Origin: an uncultured bacterium
GTDB taxonomy: Bacteria; Lernaellota; Lernaellaia; JACKCT01
Direction of reading: 5' to 3'
Length of the DNA stretch: 64,000 bases
NCBI GenBank assembly: GCA_964586775.1
Contig: CAZPJD010000225.1
Location: 464-64,463 of the forward strand
Of the stretch, positions 63,079 through 64,000 are shown piece by piece. The notes beneath the pieces are model-generated. The model was not told where the DNA came from. It did no database searches and was given only the letters and a program-made list of their open reading frames with translations. A program made the position numbers and the translations under genes. Position 1 is the stretch's first letter, and the number at the start of each line of letters is the position of its first letter.

Positions 63079-63246
63079 GCGGGTACTTCCTGACATCGAC
63101 GGCGCCAGCGGGCCGGATATGCCGCCAGGTGGAAAACGCCCGTGGCATGCGGCCCGCTCAAGATGACGCGTTCTCCGATCGCCACCATTGTACGCGCATT
63201 TCGCCTCTTCGGCGCAAGTCTTGTTGCCCCGAGACCGCGCGCCCCG

Positions 63247-64000
63247 TTATCTCGACGGCGACCGACGCCGTTCGAATCGCTTGGGCGCGCCGGAGAAGCG
63301 CGACGGCGCGGACGGGCGGCGCGATTTGAGCGACACGTCCGGTTCGCCGCCGATCGCGCGGGTCTGCGCCACAGCCAGCGCCACGGCGTCCGGCTCGGGC
63401 GGGGCCATGCGCGCCTGGGGCAGATGCGCCGCGTTTTCGAGCGGCAGGCGCTTTTGAATCAGCTTCTCGATGGAGCGCAGCGTGGTGCGTTCGTCGGAGC
63501 CGCAAAACGACAGCGCAATGCCCGACGCCCCCGCGCGCGCGGTGCGCCCGATGCGGTGCACGTAGGATTCGGCGTCCATGGGCAGGTCATAGTTGACGAC
63601 GTGGCTGACCTCGTCGATGTCGAGGCCCCGGGCGGCGATGTCGGTGGCCACGAGCACGCGGGCCGCGCCGCTCTTGAAGGCGCGCAGGGCGTTTTCGCGC
63701 TGGCTCTGCGACTTGTTGCCGTGAATCGCGCCCGCGGCGATGGCGTAGCGCGACAGGTGCTTCACCACCTTGTCGGCGCCGTGCTTGGTCTTGGTGAAGA
63801 CGAGCGCCCGCGTCACGTCCTTCGTGTCCAGCACGCGCAGCAGCAGGCGGATCTTTTCGGGTTTTTCCACCAGATAGACCGACTGGCGAATGCGCTCGAC
63901 CGTCGTGGCCGGGGGTGTGACGGCGACGCACTCGGGCCGGTCGAGCAGGGTGTTCGCCAGCTCGCGGATGGCCGGCGGCATGGTGGCCGAAAACATCAAC
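63247..64000 (-). CDS. DEAD-box RNA helicase (RhlE-like), 5'-truncated by the window edge
   Basis: Motif III SAT (MMFSATMPP), motif V VLVATDIAARGLDI, motif VI HRIGRTARAG, and a basic C-terminal tail. The reading frame is open to position 64000. Confidence 0.85.
   Translation of the reverse strand, partial: LMFSATMPPAIRELANTLLDRPECVAVTPPATTVERIRQSVYLVEKPEKIRLLLRVLDTKDVTRALVFTKTKHGADKVVKHLSRYAIAAGAIHGNKSQSQRENALRAFKSGAARVLVATDIAARGLDIDEVSHVVNYDLPMDAESYVHRIGRTARAGASGIALSFCGSDERTTLRSIEKLIQKRLPLENAAHLPQARMAPPEPDAVALAVAQTRAIGGEPDVSLKSRRPSAPSRFSGAPKRFERRRSPSR

Noticed and set aside
63079-63246. Possible cobalamin riboswitch or promoter in the leader of the B12-type radical SAM gene
   Set aside because: I could not find a B12-box-like element or the conserved stems by eye. 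A TACAAT (63187-63192, minus strand) has only a poor -35 at a 19-nt spacing. This is not enough to call a feature.

Overview
GC-rich (about two-thirds G+C by eye, not computed), densely coding bacterial chromosomal window with about 50 genes on both strands. I saw no rRNA, tRNA or CRISPR array. Genes recognisable from motifs are rfbD, a fadI-fadJ pair, nrfH-nrfA, argS, a tatB-like gene plus tatC, a rhomboid protease, nadA, two M24 aminopeptidases, a CapD-type sugar dehydratase, a Cache-type MCP, a B12-type radical SAM enzyme and a partial DEAD-box helicase at the right edge. Accessory items are a BrnT/BrnA toxin-antitoxin pair, two orphan HicB-like genes, a YhcG/DUF1016 PD-(D/E)xK gene, and a RAYT (HUH/Y1 transposase) flanked by its own REP array. 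The most unusual signal cuts across the whole window: eight exported proteins carry Asp-rich low-complexity linkers. Four are lipoproteins with a lipobox Cys followed directly by poly-Asp. Four are signal-peptide proteins whose C-termini are poly-Asp tracts ending in a Gly/Cys motif (GCGC-COOH twice, GGCCGCG near one end, GGGGCA once). That tail looks like an undescribed sorting, anchoring or cation-binding tag. Other points worth a second look:
- an orphan ParA followed by a polytopic membrane protein with a ParB-like N-terminal peptide
- an MBOAT homologue whose canonical His aligns to Leu
- a NrfA with CxxCH instead of CxxCK at heme 1, with a TTGAC-N4-GTCAA palindrome upstream of nrfH
- a small secreted protein built from 11-residue FPDLK repeats
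- a rhomboid gene abutting tatBC
Myxococcus-type cysteine-rich repeats suggest a Myxococcota-like or related lineage; this is inference only. Many very long ORFs in the six-frame track are antisense or frame-shadow artefacts of the high GC content. All family calls come from motif reading and recall of family consensus; no database search was run.
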